The notes under the pieces: generated by a model | What the model was told of the DNA's origin: nothing | Seen by the model: the letters and a program-made list of their open reading frames with translations, nothing else | Database searches by the model: none | Source: Parcubacteria group bacterium | Lineage (GTDB): Bacteria > Patescibacteriota > Minisyncoccia > UBA10092 | Reading direction: 5' to 3' | DNA: 64,000 bases | Assembly: GCA_016186325.1 (NCBI GenBank) | Contig: JACPLW010000001.1 | Location: 187-64,186 of the forward strand | Part shown: piece after piece, positions 8,271 through 18,697 of the stretch | Layout: every line of letters begins with the position of its first letter | How positions within the stretch are numbered: position 1 is the first letter of the stretch | Made by a program: the position numbers and the translations under genes

Positions 8271-10493
8271 TTGGGAAGGAAGTGGATGAAATTGTTAGTC
8301 ATTTTATGCTGTTTTACGGTAATTTTTGGTTCTACAGGTTATTTGGTTTTTTGGTACTATTTTGACTATAAAGATGGTGATTTACCAGACGTTCTGGCCC
8401 TTAGGGATTATAAGTTTAATTTGACCACTATTGTTCGGGATGACGGTGGAGAAATAATCGATAAATTCAAAGTTGAGGATCGGGTTTATATTTCATTCCA
8501 TTCGGTACCGGTAGCTGTTTTGTTGGCAACGGTATCGGCAGAAGATAAAAATTTCTTTGAGGGACGCTTAATTTATGGCATTGATTTTACGGGAGTTGTA
8601 AGAGCGGCTTTTAAAAATATAATTGCCGGCAAAGTAATTGCCGGCGGTTCAACTATTTCCCAGCAAACTGCCAAGTTAATTTGGTTGAATAACGAAAAAA
8701 CATTCAAAAGAAAGTTTAAAGAAGCGCGACTCGCTTATAGGATGGAAAAGTATTTATCCGACGAACTGATTTTTGAAATTTACATTAACCTAGTTTATTT
8801 TGGCCATGGCAAGTACGGCATTGTTTCCGCTTCGGAATTTTATTTTAGTAAACAGCCGTCAGAGTTGACGTTTGATGAAGCTGCCATGTTAGCCGGGCTT
8901 ATTAAGTGGCCTTATCAATTTTCGCCTATTGTCAATAAAAAAATTGCAACCAGCCGGCGCAATATGATTTTAAGCAGGATGATGAATAATGGTTTTATCA
9001 AGTATGGCGAGTATATCGCACTTACAGAAAAACCCGTTGTTTTAAGCATTAAAAGTATTGATCCGAAAGCTCCGTATCTTTCAAACTTTTTTATGGATGA
9101 ACTTCATCGTCTCGGTTACAGCAAAGTGGTAAATCAAGGCTTGAATGTAAAGACCTCAATTAATTCTTCTTTCCAGCTAATTGCAAGTGAAGCTCTAAGC
9201 AAGGGGTTGAAAGCTTATGATAAGAGACACGAAAAGCGTCTTGTTCTCTACAATATTTTTTCCGAATATAAGTTAGAATCCATTGAAGATTTTAAATCAG
9301 AGTCATGGAACGGTGAACTTGGCATTGAAAGCACTGTCGATGGTTTGGTTATTGAAGTTGACAGCTCTTTTGTAGTGTTAAAAATTGGGAACGAGACAGC
9401 AACTATTACTGCTAAATCGCTTCCCAATATCCAGAACGGTATCGCGGATTTTAAAAGGGTATTCAAAGTAGGCGACGTGGTAATGGTTAAAATTACCGGC
9501 GTTAACGCTAGTAATGATTTTATTGTTGAGATTGTTCAGCCAGAGGCGCAAGGAGCGGTAGTAATTTTAGAAGTTACAACCGGCGCGATAAAAGCAGTTG
9601 TTGGCGGCCGGGATTTCAAGGTCAGTAAGTATAATAGAGCGATGCAGGCCGAAAGACAGCCTGGCTCGGCTTTCAAACCGTTTGTTTATGGCGCTTATTT
9701 TGAAAAGTATCCGGATAAAGATTTGGAAAGCCATGTTTTGGATACTCCAATTTGTTTTAAAACCGGCAATCCTAAAAAGCCAAAATGGTGCCCCAAGAAT
9801 TACGAAGAGAAATCTTTACCGCCGTTTATGGGCTCGATTCCGATTAAAACTGCCATCGCGCGGTCTCGAAATGTGGCCGCCGTTCACGCGGCTAAAGAAG
9901 TTGGGATTAATAATGTGGTGGATTTAGCCCGCAGCATGGGTATTGCAAGCGATCTGCCTCGTTATCTTCCGACTGCCATCGGTGCCGCCGATGTAAAAGT
10001 AATTGATATGGCTAATGCCTACTCCACGCTTTTTAGGCAGGGAATTTATAAACCATATTGGTTTATAAATTCAATTACCGATAGAAACGGTTCAACGAAA
10101 AACTTAGAAACTATAGAAGAAAAACAAGCATTAAGCACTGAATCGGCAAATAAAATTTTGGGAGCAATGCGATGGGTAGTCTTGGCTGGTACGGCCCGTT
10201 CGGCTTCAAAAGAATTGCCCTTTGCGACGGCTGGTAAAACCGGAACGACCAATAACTTTACCGATGCTTGGTTTGTAGGCGGCTCGCCAAAGTATGTTGT
10301 CGCTGTGTGGATTGGCTTCGACCGAAAATCTATACCGCTAGTAAGTAGAGAAAGTTATTTTAAAGAAACCGGCGGTTCAGTAGCTCTTCCGATTTTTATT
10401 GAGATTATGAAAGAAATTTATAAGATCCGGCCGCCCGATTTATTTCCGGAAGAGATTGAGAATATAATTTTAGAGAAAAATGAAGATAAATAA
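8271..10493 (+). CDS. Class A penicillin-binding protein (PBP1A family)
   Basis: Transglycosylase motifs EDKNF, GGSTISQQ, RKFKE; transpeptidase motifs SAFK, SRN, KTGT; OB-like insert. Confidence 0.95.
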   Translation: MGRKWMKLLVILCCFTVIFGSTGYLVFWYYFDYKDGDLPDVLALRDYKFNLTTIVRDDGGEIIDKFKVEDRVYISFHSVPVAVLLATVSAEDKNFFEGRLIYGIDFTGVVRAAFKNIIAGKVIAGGSTISQQTAKLIWLNNEKTFKRKFKEARLAYRMEKYLSDELIFEIYINLVYFGHGKYGIVSASEFYFSKQPSELTFDEAAMLAGLIKWPYQFSPIVNKKIATSRRNMILSRMMNNGFIKYGEYIALTEKPVVLSIKSIDPKAPYLSNFFMDELHRLGYSKVVNQGLNVKTSINSSFQLIASEALSKGLKAYDKRHEKRLVLYNIFSEYKLESIEDFKSESWNGELGIESTVDGLVIEVDSSFVVLKIGNETATITAKSLPNIQNGIADFKRVFKVGDVVMVKITGVNASNDFIVEIVQPEAQGAVVILEVTTGAIKAVVGGRDFKVSKYNRAMQAERQPGSAFKPFVYGAYFEKYPDKDLESHVLDTPICFKTGNPKKPKWCPKNYEEKSLPPFMGSIPIKTAIARSRNVAAVHAAKEVGINNVVDLARSMGIASDLPRYLPTAIGAADVKVIDMANAYSTLFRQGIYKPYWFINSITDRNGSTKNLETIEEKQALSTESANKILGAMRWVVLAGTARSASKELPFATAGKTGTTNNFTDAWFVGGSPKYVVAVWIGFDRKSIPLVSRESYFKETGGSVALPIFIEIMKEIYKIRPPDLFPEEIENIILEKNEDK

Positions 10494-10554
10494 TTTAGAT
10501 ACCCCCAATTGGGGGTTTTGATTTTTTATGAAATAAAACTTAGAATTGTTTTAC

Positions 10555-10585
10555 CTCGCCGAATCCGCCAGTTGGCGGAGAAGGC
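10555..10585. repeat. 31-nt palindromic element (CCGCCAGTTGGCGG core)
   Basis: Exact reverse-complement copy at 19107-19137. Confidence 0.85.
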
Positions 10586-10597
10586 GGGCAAAAATTT

Positions 10598-11306
10598 ATG
10601 CAATTCGATATTATAACTATTTTTCCAAATATCTTTAGATTTTATTTCAACGAGAGCATAATTTTGCGCGCCCAAAAATATCTTTAGATTTTATTTCAAC
10701 GAGAGCATAATTTTGCGCGCCCAAAAATCGGGGAAAATAAAAATTAACATTGTTGATTTAAGGAAATTTTCAGCCGACAAAAATAAAAAGGTAGATGACA
10801 AGCCCTATGGCGGGGGACCCGGTATGGTTTTTAAAATTGAACCACTTATTAAAGCGATTTCAAATCTGAAACTGAAGGGCGGTAAAGAAAAACTTATTTT
10901 ATTTTCACCTAGCGGAAAACAATTCAGTTCCAAAATGGCCACAGAGTGGGCTAAAAAATATAATCGGATAATAATGGTTGCCGGCCATTACGAAGGAGTA
11001 GACGAAAGAATTAAAAAAATTTTTAAGATGGAAGAAATTTCAATCGGGCCATATATTTTAACCGGCGGAGAACTACCGGCAATGATTGTTATTGATTCGG
11101 TTTCGCGCCATATTCCGGGAGTTTTGGGGAAAAACGAGTCGCTTGAAGAAAAACGTTTTGGCGCTGGTGTTCCGGTTTTCACCCGTCCGGAAGTTATTAA
11201 ATATAAAAATAAAAAATACATTGTTCCAAAAGTTCTTCTTTCCGGAGATCACAAAAAAATAGAGGAATGGAGAAAAAAGCATCAAAAAAGCGATTTGACT
11301 TACTAA
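10598..11306 (+). CDS. trmD: tRNA (guanine37-N1)-methyltransferase, frameshifted by a 49-nt tandem duplication
   Basis: MQFDIITIFP starts at 10598; VDDKPYGGGPGMV, GHYEGVDER, SIGPYILTGGE lie in ORF 10713-11306; the 49-nt unit at 10631 repeats at 10680. Confidence 0.92.
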
Positions 11307-11371
11307 TAGTGCTTGGATATACTCGCACTTATATAAGTATAGTTCTTTGAACACACCAACAGGAGTGTCTA

Positions 11372-11713
11372 ATGACTGAACTGCAAAAAACTAATGCGTT
11401 GCTTAGAGAACTTCTTCAGCTAATATATGTTCAGCATCAGTTCTTTATGTGGGCATTATCACCAGATCATTATGGGGCTTGGCTCAACAGAATGACGCTA
11501 GCATACCGACTTCAAAAACATCATGTCTGGACTGAAGAAGAATGGTCGATTTTGGTTAAGAAAGATTTTAAAGATGGATGTAAGCGATGGCCTCAGATGA
11601 AAGAAACCTGGAAGAAGCTCCGAAAGTATTATAGTCGCGATGTTGTGCGGTTTATGGACGAACTTTTCGTCTCTATGGATACGCCGCAAAAGAAAAGTAG
11701 AAAAAGAAAATAA
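11372..11713 (+). CDS. Hypothetical protein
   Basis: 113-aa ORF with SD AGGAG and a downstream hairpin; no recognisable motif. Confidence 0.65.
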   Translation: MTELQKTNALLRELLQLIYVQHQFFMWALSPDHYGAWLNRMTLAYRLQKHHVWTEEEWSILVKKDFKDGCKRWPQMKETWKKLRKYYSRDVVRFMDELFVSMDTPQKKSRKRK

Positions 11714-11876
11714 ATAACAGATACCCGTCTTATGGCGGTATTTATTTTATCTCAAAATCAGTAAAAAAGATTATATAATTTATGCCGGCAATTTAACCAC
11801 TTAATTTCCGATCGGTTGCAAAGTTGTAACTTTTGAAATATAGTATCTTTGTTAAACTTTAGTTAAATTTTTATTC

Positions 11877-12428
11877 ATGGAACGAATGGGATCAATGTCT
11901 AAAAAAGTCATGCTCCTTTTGATAGGGGGCGCTTCTTTAAGTTTAGCAAGAAGACCTGATCAATATTTTAAAATTGTCAAAAATATTGCTAAAGAATGGA
12001 AAAAGATTAATGAAAGAAATTTGAAACTGGCAATTAAAAATCTGTATAAATCAAAATTGATTGATTATAAGGAAAATCGCGATGGGACAGTTGCTATTGT
12101 TTTGACGGATAATGGAAGAAAAAAAATTCTAAAGTATGATTTAGATAAAATTCAAATAAAAAAACCCGTAAAATGGGATATGATGTGGAGAGTGGTAATT
12201 TTTGACATTCCGGAAGAGAAACGACAGGGAAGGATTGCATTAGCTGAAAAATTAAAAGAGCTTGGATTTTATCCTCTGCAAAAAAGCGTTTTTCTTTATC
12301 CGTATGAATGCAAAGACGAGATTGATTTTATAATAGAAATTTTCAATCTCTCACCGTATGTCAGATTTTTGAGGGTTAAAAATACCGATATTGATATAGA
12401 TCTAAAAGTTCGATTTCATTTGTCATAG
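11877..12428 (+). CDS. PaaX-like regulator (wHTH plus Cas2-like ferredoxin domain)
   Basis: LTDNG..WDMMWRVVIFDIPE..LKELGFYPLQKSVF; no CRISPR array or cas1 nearby. Confidence 0.8.
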   Translation: MERMGSMSKKVMLLLIGGASLSLARRPDQYFKIVKNIAKEWKKINERNLKLAIKNLYKSKLIDYKENRDGTVAIVLTDNGRKKILKYDLDKIQIKKPVKWDMMWRVVIFDIPEEKRQGRIALAEKLKELGFYPLQKSVFLYPYECKDEIDFIIEIFNLSPYVRFLRVKNTDIDIDLKVRFHLS

Positions 12429-12614
12429 TGATTTTAGCAGCTTCTCAATTTAACAGTTTAATTTACGATCGTCTGATAATATGTAATTTATGTAATTCAT
12501 GTAATTTATGAAAATTTTTATAAATTACGCATGGTCACATTCATAAATTTGTAAAAAGTTCTTTTTTTGATATACTGACTGGGTAAAAAATCTGGTACTT
12601 TAAAAAATAGGGGA

Positions 12615-13025
12615 GTGCAAATGTACGAAACTGAAAAATGGCTTGTATACGAACAAAAAGATTTTAATAAAGATATTCAAGCGCTAGTATTCATAATTAA
12701 ATACTGTACAAAATTGTTTGATGGCATATTCGGTATTCCCGAAGGCGCTAATGTTTTGGCGGCCTATCTTCATTATCGGTTGAAATTACCTATCTTCAGA
12801 ACTCCTGAAGAGATAACTGAGAACACTATTATAGTTGATGATATTGCTGATACTGGTGCAACTCTTACTAAGTATGTCAAAGATGGAAGTTTTGTCGTTA
12901 CGCTTTTTTATCATAAACAAAGCATTTTTGTTCCCAGTATCTGGCTTCATGAGAAGCATGACAAATGGGTTCATTTTCCATGGGAAGATCCGGAGGATGG
13001 CGATGACCGACTAGTGCGAGATTAA
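12615..13025 (+). CDS. Type I phosphoribosyltransferase (purine salvage-like)
   Basis: PRPP motif IIVDDIADTGATL; C-terminal WVHFPWE; adjacent to guaB. Confidence 0.85.
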   Translation: MQMYETEKWLVYEQKDFNKDIQALVFIIKYCTKLFDGIFGIPEGANVLAAYLHYRLKLPIFRTPEEITENTIIVDDIADTGATLTKYVKDGSFVVTLFYHKQSIFVPSIWLHEKHDKWVHFPWEDPEDGDDRLVRD

Positions 13026-13095
13026 CTTATTTTTGAAAAACCATTGACGCAAAAATTTTGCGTCAATGGTTTTTTTGTAATAATATATATTTTGT

Positions 13096-14568
13096 ATGGA
13101 CTTTAGAGACAAAATAATTGAAGCGGGGCTAACTTTTTCTGATATTTCTTTGCGTCCCCAGAAATCAAATTTGAAAAGCCGTCTTGATCCGGATACTTTT
13201 AGTTATCTTACAAAGAAAATTAAATTGGCGGTTCCAATTATAAGCGCCAATATGGATACCGTTACTGAAAGCACAATGGCCATTGCCATGGCACGATATG
13301 GCGGTATTGGCATTATTCATCGAAATATGAGCATTGAAGATCAAGTTAAGGAAGTTTTGAAAGTTAAATCAGCAGACGAGGCCTTAATACGAAATCCCTA
13401 TACACTGTTTCCTGAAAATCTTGTCTGGCAAGCCCGGGAACTTTTAGCGGAAAAACAGATCGACAGTGTGTTGATAATTGATAAGAAAAAAAAATTAGTC
13501 GGCCTTGTTACCAAGCATGAGTTGGCAAAAGCTCAGAGCATGGAATCAATTGAAAAATATATGTTACCGAGGCGGGATTTAATTGTTGCAGAAATTAATG
13601 GAAAATCTCTTACTGAAAAAGACGCGCGTATTTTAGCTGAAAAGATTTTTGCCAAACAGCATCTTCTTGGTAAATTGCCATTCATTGATAAAAAAGGCAA
13701 TTTAGTAGCACTTTTGATTAAAAAAGACTTGCTTAAAGAGGCGTCATATCCTTCGGCTACAAAAAATGAACTCGGTCGACTAAGGGTTGGGGCCGCAATT
13801 GGGGTGAGTGAAGATACTATTGGAAGAGCCCAGGCGCTCGTTAATGTCGGGGTCGACGTTTTAGTTTTAGACATCGCTCACGGTCATGCTGTAAAGCCTA
13901 TGGAGATAGCGCGGTTAATTCGCAGGCGATTGCCAAATTGTGAATTAATTGTTGGCAATGTAGCCACCAAAGAAGCGGTTCGTGATTATGCGCGGCTTAA
14001 CGTTTCGGCCATTAAAGTAGGCATTGGCCCGGGCGCCACTTGTTCAACGCGCATTGTTTCCGGCGCCGGCGTACCGCAAGTTTCGGCACTTCTGGAATGT
14101 GTTCGTGAGTCACAAAAATTCGGAATACCGATTATTGCCGACGGCGGTATCCGTTATCCGCGAGATGTCTCTATTGCCATCGGTTGCGGCGCTTCAAGCG
14201 TAATGATTGGCACTTTATTTGCCGGAACCGACGAAAGCCCGGGAGATGTCATTCATGACAACGGCCGGCTCATGAAAATTGTTCGCGGTATGTCTTCTTT
14301 AGACGTCAATCTTGAAATTAAAGGTGATAAATTTATGAACTCTGACTTGAGAGCGGTGATTCAACCGGAGGGAGAAACCGGACGCATTTCTTATCGCGGA
14401 CCTCTTATTCGGGTTTTGGGTTCTTTAGTAAGCGGTCTTCGTTCGGGAATGACTTACGCCGGAGCGGCAAATATTAAAGAATTACAGCGGCCATTTGAAA
14501 GGAAATTTACCAGGATGAGCCAAGCTGCTTGGGAAGAATCCAAGCCTCACGATATTGAAATAATTTAA
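13096..14568 (+). CDS. guaB: IMP dehydrogenase with CBS domains
   Basis: SANMDTVTE, DIAHGH, KVGIGPGATCSTR, IIADGGI, RGM, LRSGMTY. Confidence 0.93.
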   Translation: MDFRDKIIEAGLTFSDISLRPQKSNLKSRLDPDTFSYLTKKIKLAVPIISANMDTVTESTMAIAMARYGGIGIIHRNMSIEDQVKEVLKVKSADEALIRNPYTLFPENLVWQARELLAEKQIDSVLIIDKKKKLVGLVTKHELAKAQSMESIEKYMLPRRDLIVAEINGKSLTEKDARILAEKIFAKQHLLGKLPFIDKKGNLVALLIKKDLLKEASYPSATKNELGRLRVGAAIGVSEDTIGRAQALVNVGVDVLVLDIAHGHAVKPMEIARLIRRRLPNCELIVGNVATKEAVRDYARLNVSAIKVGIGPGATCSTRIVSGAGVPQVSALLECVRESQKFGIPIIADGGIRYPRDVSIAIGCGASSVMIGTLFAGTDESPGDVIHDNGRLMKIVRGMSSLDVNLEIKGDKFMNSDLRAVIQPEGETGRISYRGPLIRVLGSLVSGLRSGMTYAGAANIKELQRPFERKFTRMSQAAWEESKPHDIEII

Positions 14569-14614
14569 TGCTTCAACTTCACTCAGCATTAATCCTGAGC
14601 TTGTCGAATGGATT
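14568..14614. repeat. REP-like doublet (CTTCAACTTCACTCAG / CTGAGCTTGTCGAA)
   Basis: Same family as 19224-19263 and 25552-25573. Confidence 0.75.
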
Positions 14615-14722
14615 AACCCCACAACTGCGGGGTTTTATTTCGCTATTTAAATTTTGTATTGTCAAGGTTGACGGTAAAAAATTTAAAATATAAACTGGAA
14701 ACAATCTAAGGGTCTTTTACAA

Positions 14723-17347
14723 ATGAAAATGGGGACAGAAATGAAAAGAGATGAAATTACCGAGTTGAGAAGAAGATTTAACATTCCGAGAAAACCTCCT
14801 ATAGGTTTTTATTTGACGGCTCAAGGTAAAAAAATTCTTCTTTCTCTTCTTAAATTAGGTCTTGATAGGGGGAAGATAGCTAAGCTTCTCAATAAGCCGA
14901 CGGTTATGGCTGTTGAAAAAATATATAATCGCGCTAGTATAAAATTGCGAATGCCAGAGACAAAAAATTTGGTCTGGAATGAAAAAATGGATCAAGTTAT
15001 GGTTGATGGATTTAAGGAAAGCGCCGATTATAGCCGCGGTGTCGAACGCAACAAACTTAGAACTGAACTCATAAAGCGCATTAATGACTTACGCGATCCC
15101 GGTACGCGGAAAATCAAAACCTGGAATGCAGTGTTTGATCATATGAAATATAGGTCTGGCGATAAAAAATTGTCTTGGGGCAATGATAAGGCTGGGCCCA
15201 AGGCAAAGGTTGATAAAGAAAAAGTTAAGCAAGAAGAGATAGAGAAATTTACCGCGCAATTAAAGAAGGAAGAACGCTCTTGGCCAGAACAGGAAGTTTT
15301 GGAAGTTAGCGAAGAGGCATGGAATCGTCCAGGCGTAAGACGCGGCTATACTTCGCGTTGGGATTATAAAGGGCCCGGATATCGTAGTGGCATTATTTTA
15401 GAAGGTTGTCGTAAGTTTGCCGAAGAAGGGTGCCGTTTTATTGTTCTTGTTGGCGGTTTGGTGAGTAAAAACTACGTTAGGAAAGAATTAAAGAGACGTT
15501 TTAAGGATGTTAAACTTGAATATAGAGATAATGTTGCGGAACATTTTGTTAATGAGTCGGCGAAAGAACTGGCTTTCATTATTCCTAAAATTAAGAAACC
15601 CGTAAGTATTTGGGCTGATCCGAATAAACCGGAATTTGTTCGGTTTTATATTTCTACCAGCCCGATTTACGATGGCCCTAACAGCGAACTTTATGAAAGC
15701 ACTTATGGCGAGGAAATCGCTCGCCGACTTCAGGCATTGAGGCCTGACGATATTCGTCTTGAAAACGAGGGTAGTGCTCGTCTTGAAGTTAAGGGCGTTA
15801 ACGAAGTTGATTGGGCAATCAGTCCTGTTAAACATCGCTTGCCCAGCCAGTATTATAGCGCGGCTGCCGAGCGTGAAATTAGAGATAAATCAGCCCAATC
15901 AGATCAGTTATTTCCGGATCTTTGGGTAGTTGGCACGCATGCCTCCGCTATTCATAAAACGAGCGGCGAGAAAGAAAGACCATATATTACTATTCCGGCT
16001 TCTTGTCGGCTTGAAGCGACTACCGTTGCCGAAAATCAAGAAGGAATAGTCGTTGTAGAATCAATTGACGGTAACCGTTTTGTACGATTTTGGAACCTCA
16101 AGGATTTAATTCATACCGAAAGACAGTTTATTACTGGTATTAAAGAAGGAGCTTCTGATCTTCACAAAAAGATCGTTAAAGTTATCAAAGACCACGGAGC
16201 AATGACTGTCGGGCTTTTATCGGATAAACTTGGGATTGAAAGGGAAATAGTTGAACGGGAAATAAAATATCTTGAAGAGCCTAAAATGTCGGCCAGAAAA
16301 ACTTGGCCAGGACTTTATTATAATCCCAAATCCCAGCGATACGATTTTCACCTTGATTGGATTCAGGAAAAACTAAGACATCACCTACCTGTTGAGTACT
16401 CTGAAAATACATCGCTTATGTTCGGCTGTCTTCACGCCAGTTATACTACAACGGATTATCAGCATTTCGTTTTAAAGTATCCTGAAATTATCTTAGCTCA
16501 TAAAGTTAAAACCTTGATTGGCCTGGGCGATTTTGTCGCTGGTTTAAAGCACGACCTGATGCATCGTGGCGAAATTATCGGCTCTCTTAACGAAACTGAT
16601 CATCAAATTTTTGCTGCTGAACTTGTCGCAACGATTATTTTTAAGTCATTTAGAAAGCGATTTGAAGATGCGCTCTTAAAATTTACGACTGTTAAACCAA
16701 CTGTTGTTGAATTAAAATCTATAGTTGCGGATCCCTTAGTTCTTGTGGATTTTATTTATATCGTAGGCAATCATGATGCGTGGCCGCTAGGCTTTGGTAC
16801 TTCGCCCTTAGGAACTTTCCGCGATAAATTAACAAGAATTTTATATCGGGAAATCAGTGTCCTTTTTGCATCTCGTGGTCTTCCGCTAATCGATTTTTAT
16901 GATTTGATTGAAAAAAAGATTATTCTATTACCTGATTTTAATCCTGTCTGCACATTACCTTCAGTATTGACCTTCGGCGCTCGCCATCCGGGTATGGCAA
17001 GAGCGGATACTACCTCACTAAGAGCCCAGAAAGCATTAGAAGCCCTGGGTACTCAAATTGTTGGCATTGCCAACTTCCATGTAGCCACCACGGTTCGTGT
17101 TTGGCGGCCCGATTTGGGCCAATGCGTGGCGGTTCAAGCGTCAACGCAAGTTATTTACACGCCGTTTGAAGGTAGTAAAATGAAAAAGCTTGATTTTGGG
17201 CCGACATTATTAAGAACTCTCTCTCACGATAATAGGATTTATATGGATGAAACCGCTTATTTTAATAAGCCTATGTTGAAAGAACCTTATTCAAAATCTA
17301 TTGACGTTGATAAGCTTAAAGATTCACTCGGTCTTTTAAGAGCTTAA
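14723..17347 (+). CDS. Large protein: degenerate plus intact calcineurin-like metallophosphoesterase domains with central wHTH
   Basis: C-terminal FGCLH, GLGDFV, VGNHD, ARHP, ANFH motif order; central HGAMTVGLLSDKLGIEREIV HTH-like segment. Confidence 0.6.
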   Translation: MKMGTEMKRDEITELRRRFNIPRKPPIGFYLTAQGKKILLSLLKLGLDRGKIAKLLNKPTVMAVEKIYNRASIKLRMPETKNLVWNEKMDQVMVDGFKESADYSRGVERNKLRTELIKRINDLRDPGTRKIKTWNAVFDHMKYRSGDKKLSWGNDKAGPKAKVDKEKVKQEEIEKFTAQLKKEERSWPEQEVLEVSEEAWNRPGVRRGYTSRWDYKGPGYRSGIILEGCRKFAEEGCRFIVLVGGLVSKNYVRKELKRRFKDVKLEYRDNVAEHFVNESAKELAFIIPKIKKPVSIWADPNKPEFVRFYISTSPIYDGPNSELYESTYGEEIARRLQALRPDDIRLENEGSARLEVKGVNEVDWAISPVKHRLPSQYYSAAAEREIRDKSAQSDQLFPDLWVVGTHASAIHKTSGEKERPYITIPASCRLEATTVAENQEGIVVVESIDGNRFVRFWNLKDLIHTERQFITGIKEGASDLHKKIVKVIKDHGAMTVGLLSDKLGIEREIVEREIKYLEEPKMSARKTWPGLYYNPKSQRYDFHLDWIQEKLRHHLPVEYSENTSLMFGCLHASYTTTDYQHFVLKYPEIILAHKVKTLIGLGDFVAGLKHDLMHRGEIIGSLNETDHQIFAAELVATIIFKSFRKRFEDALLKFTTVKPTVVELKSIVADPLVLVDFIYIVGNHDAWPLGFGTSPLGTFRDKLTRILYREISVLFASRGLPLIDFYDLIEKKIILLPDFNPVCTLPSVLTFGARHPGMARADTTSLRAQKALEALGTQIVGIANFHVATTVRVWRPDLGQCVAVQASTQVIYTPFEGSKMKKLDFGPTLLRTLSHDNRIYMDETAYFNKPMLKEPYSKSIDVDKLKDSLGLLRA

Positions 17348-17492
17348 ATTACTTTTTTTCGCCCCGCAATCGCAGGGCGATTTTTATTGATCCCGCACAT
17401 AAAAGTTATGTGTGGGATTGACAACAGATTATTTGGGTGATAAGTAAATTATATGGTTCTTTATTTTATATAAATAAGTCATCGGAGGTAGC

Positions 17493-17942
17493 TTGGGCTC
17501 ATCGGCTGACACGCTATCGCAACCAAAACACTATAACAGACATCACACTTATCCAAAAAGCCGCATCCCGACGAAGTATCACGGAGGAAAAAATAAAGTT
17601 TTAGGCAAGTGGATGGTGCTTCAAGGCGTCCCAATAAAAGCCCACAACGCATTGCACGCTATTTTCGGCAATCGCGTTCCCGAGGAGCAGATTGTATTTT
17701 TGAAAAAACTCTGTGATCAAAATGGAATTCTTAATTTGGAAATCTATGCGGCTTATAAAGATGCATTCGATGCTCTTTTTAGCGGCAACATTTCTTTCGT
17801 TAGTATGTTGGAAGTTACAAAGCAATGGGATTTGTCAAAAGAGGCGCGAGAAAGATACGCCGACAGGCTTGCGATGCTTTATAAAGTTTTAAATTTTGAT
17901 ATTTCCGGAGGAATTCCGTTAAGAAAATTTAAATTGAATTAA
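17493..17942 (+). CDS. HNH-like endonuclease domain protein
   Basis: NRHHTYPKSR...AHNALHAIFGN; SD GGAGG before TTG start. Confidence 0.55.
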   Translation: MGSSADTLSQPKHYNRHHTYPKSRIPTKYHGGKNKVLGKWMVLQGVPIKAHNALHAIFGNRVPEEQIVFLKKLCDQNGILNLEIYAAYKDAFDALFSGNISFVSMLEVTKQWDLSKEARERYADRLAMLYKVLNFDISGGIPLRKFKLN

Positions 17943-17969
17943 CCCCAAATCGGGGTTATATTTATCTTT

Positions 17970-18623
17970 ATGAACACGCTTGTTTCTGATTTAATTAAAC
18001 AGGGCATTTTGAAAACTCCGCGGATTATTGAGGCATTTAAAAAAATCAACCGCGCTGATTTTGTGCCGCCGGAGTTAAAAGAACGGGCGTACGTTAATGA
18101 ACCATTGCCAATAGGGGAAGGGCAGACCATATCACAACCTTTAACCGTTGCTTTTATGTTGGAACTTTTACAGCCGGAGCCGGGAAATAAAATTTTTGAA
18201 ATCGGTTTTGGGTCAGGATGGCAAACAGCATTATTAGCGGAAATAGTTGGAATAAAAGGACGAATATTCGCAGTTGAAAGAATCCCAGAACTTTTTAGAT
18301 TCGGCAGGAAAAATATTGCTAAATACGGTTTTATTAAAAACGGCACGGTGAAAATGATTGGCGGCGACGCGATCTTAGGATTAAAACGCCACGCGCCGTT
18401 TGATAAAGTAATCGCCGCGGCATCGGGCAAGGAAGTGCCAGAGACATGGCTGAAAGAATTAAGAATCAACGGTCGGTTAGTTGCTCCGATTAAAGAAAGC
18501 ATTTGGCTTTACGTAAAAAAATCTTCACCCGCCAAAATTTCCAAAGGAAACTTAGGCGGGCAAGAAGAATTTGAAAAAAAAGAATACCCCGGCTTTATTT
18601 TTGTTCCTCTTATCAAAACTTGA
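17970..18623 (+). CDS. pcm: Protein-L-isoaspartate O-methyltransferase
   Basis: AY.NEPLPIGEGQTISQP, EIGFGSGWQTA, APFDKV; in-frame insert SSPAKISKGNLGGQ. Confidence 0.95.
   Translation: MNTLVSDLIKQGILKTPRIIEAFKKINRADFVPPELKERAYVNEPLPIGEGQTISQPLTVAFMLELLQPEPGNKIFEIGFGSGWQTALLAEIVGIKGRIFAVERIPELFRFGRKNIAKYGFIKNGTVKMIGGDAILGLKRHAPFDKVIAAASGKEVPETWLKELRINGRLVAPIKESIWLYVKKSSPAKISKGNLGGQEEFEKKEYPGFIFVPLIKT
18522..18565. repeat. CCCGCCAAAATTT..AAAyTTAGGCGGG palindromic element, in-frame in pcm
   Basis: Same ends as the copies in ddl (24909-24942) and in tRNA-Glu (29474-29590). Confidence 0.85.
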
Positions 18624-18697
18624 CGCTTTTAGCCAGTTGTGATATAAAAATATAAATAACATTGTTCTTTAATTTTAAAACAAAAGGGGGCGGATTA

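Noticed and set aside
11877-12428. CRISPR-Cas locus suggested by the Cas2-like domain
   Set aside because: No cas1 or effector genes and no regularly spaced repeat-spacer array seen in the window; the protein fits the PaaX-like family.
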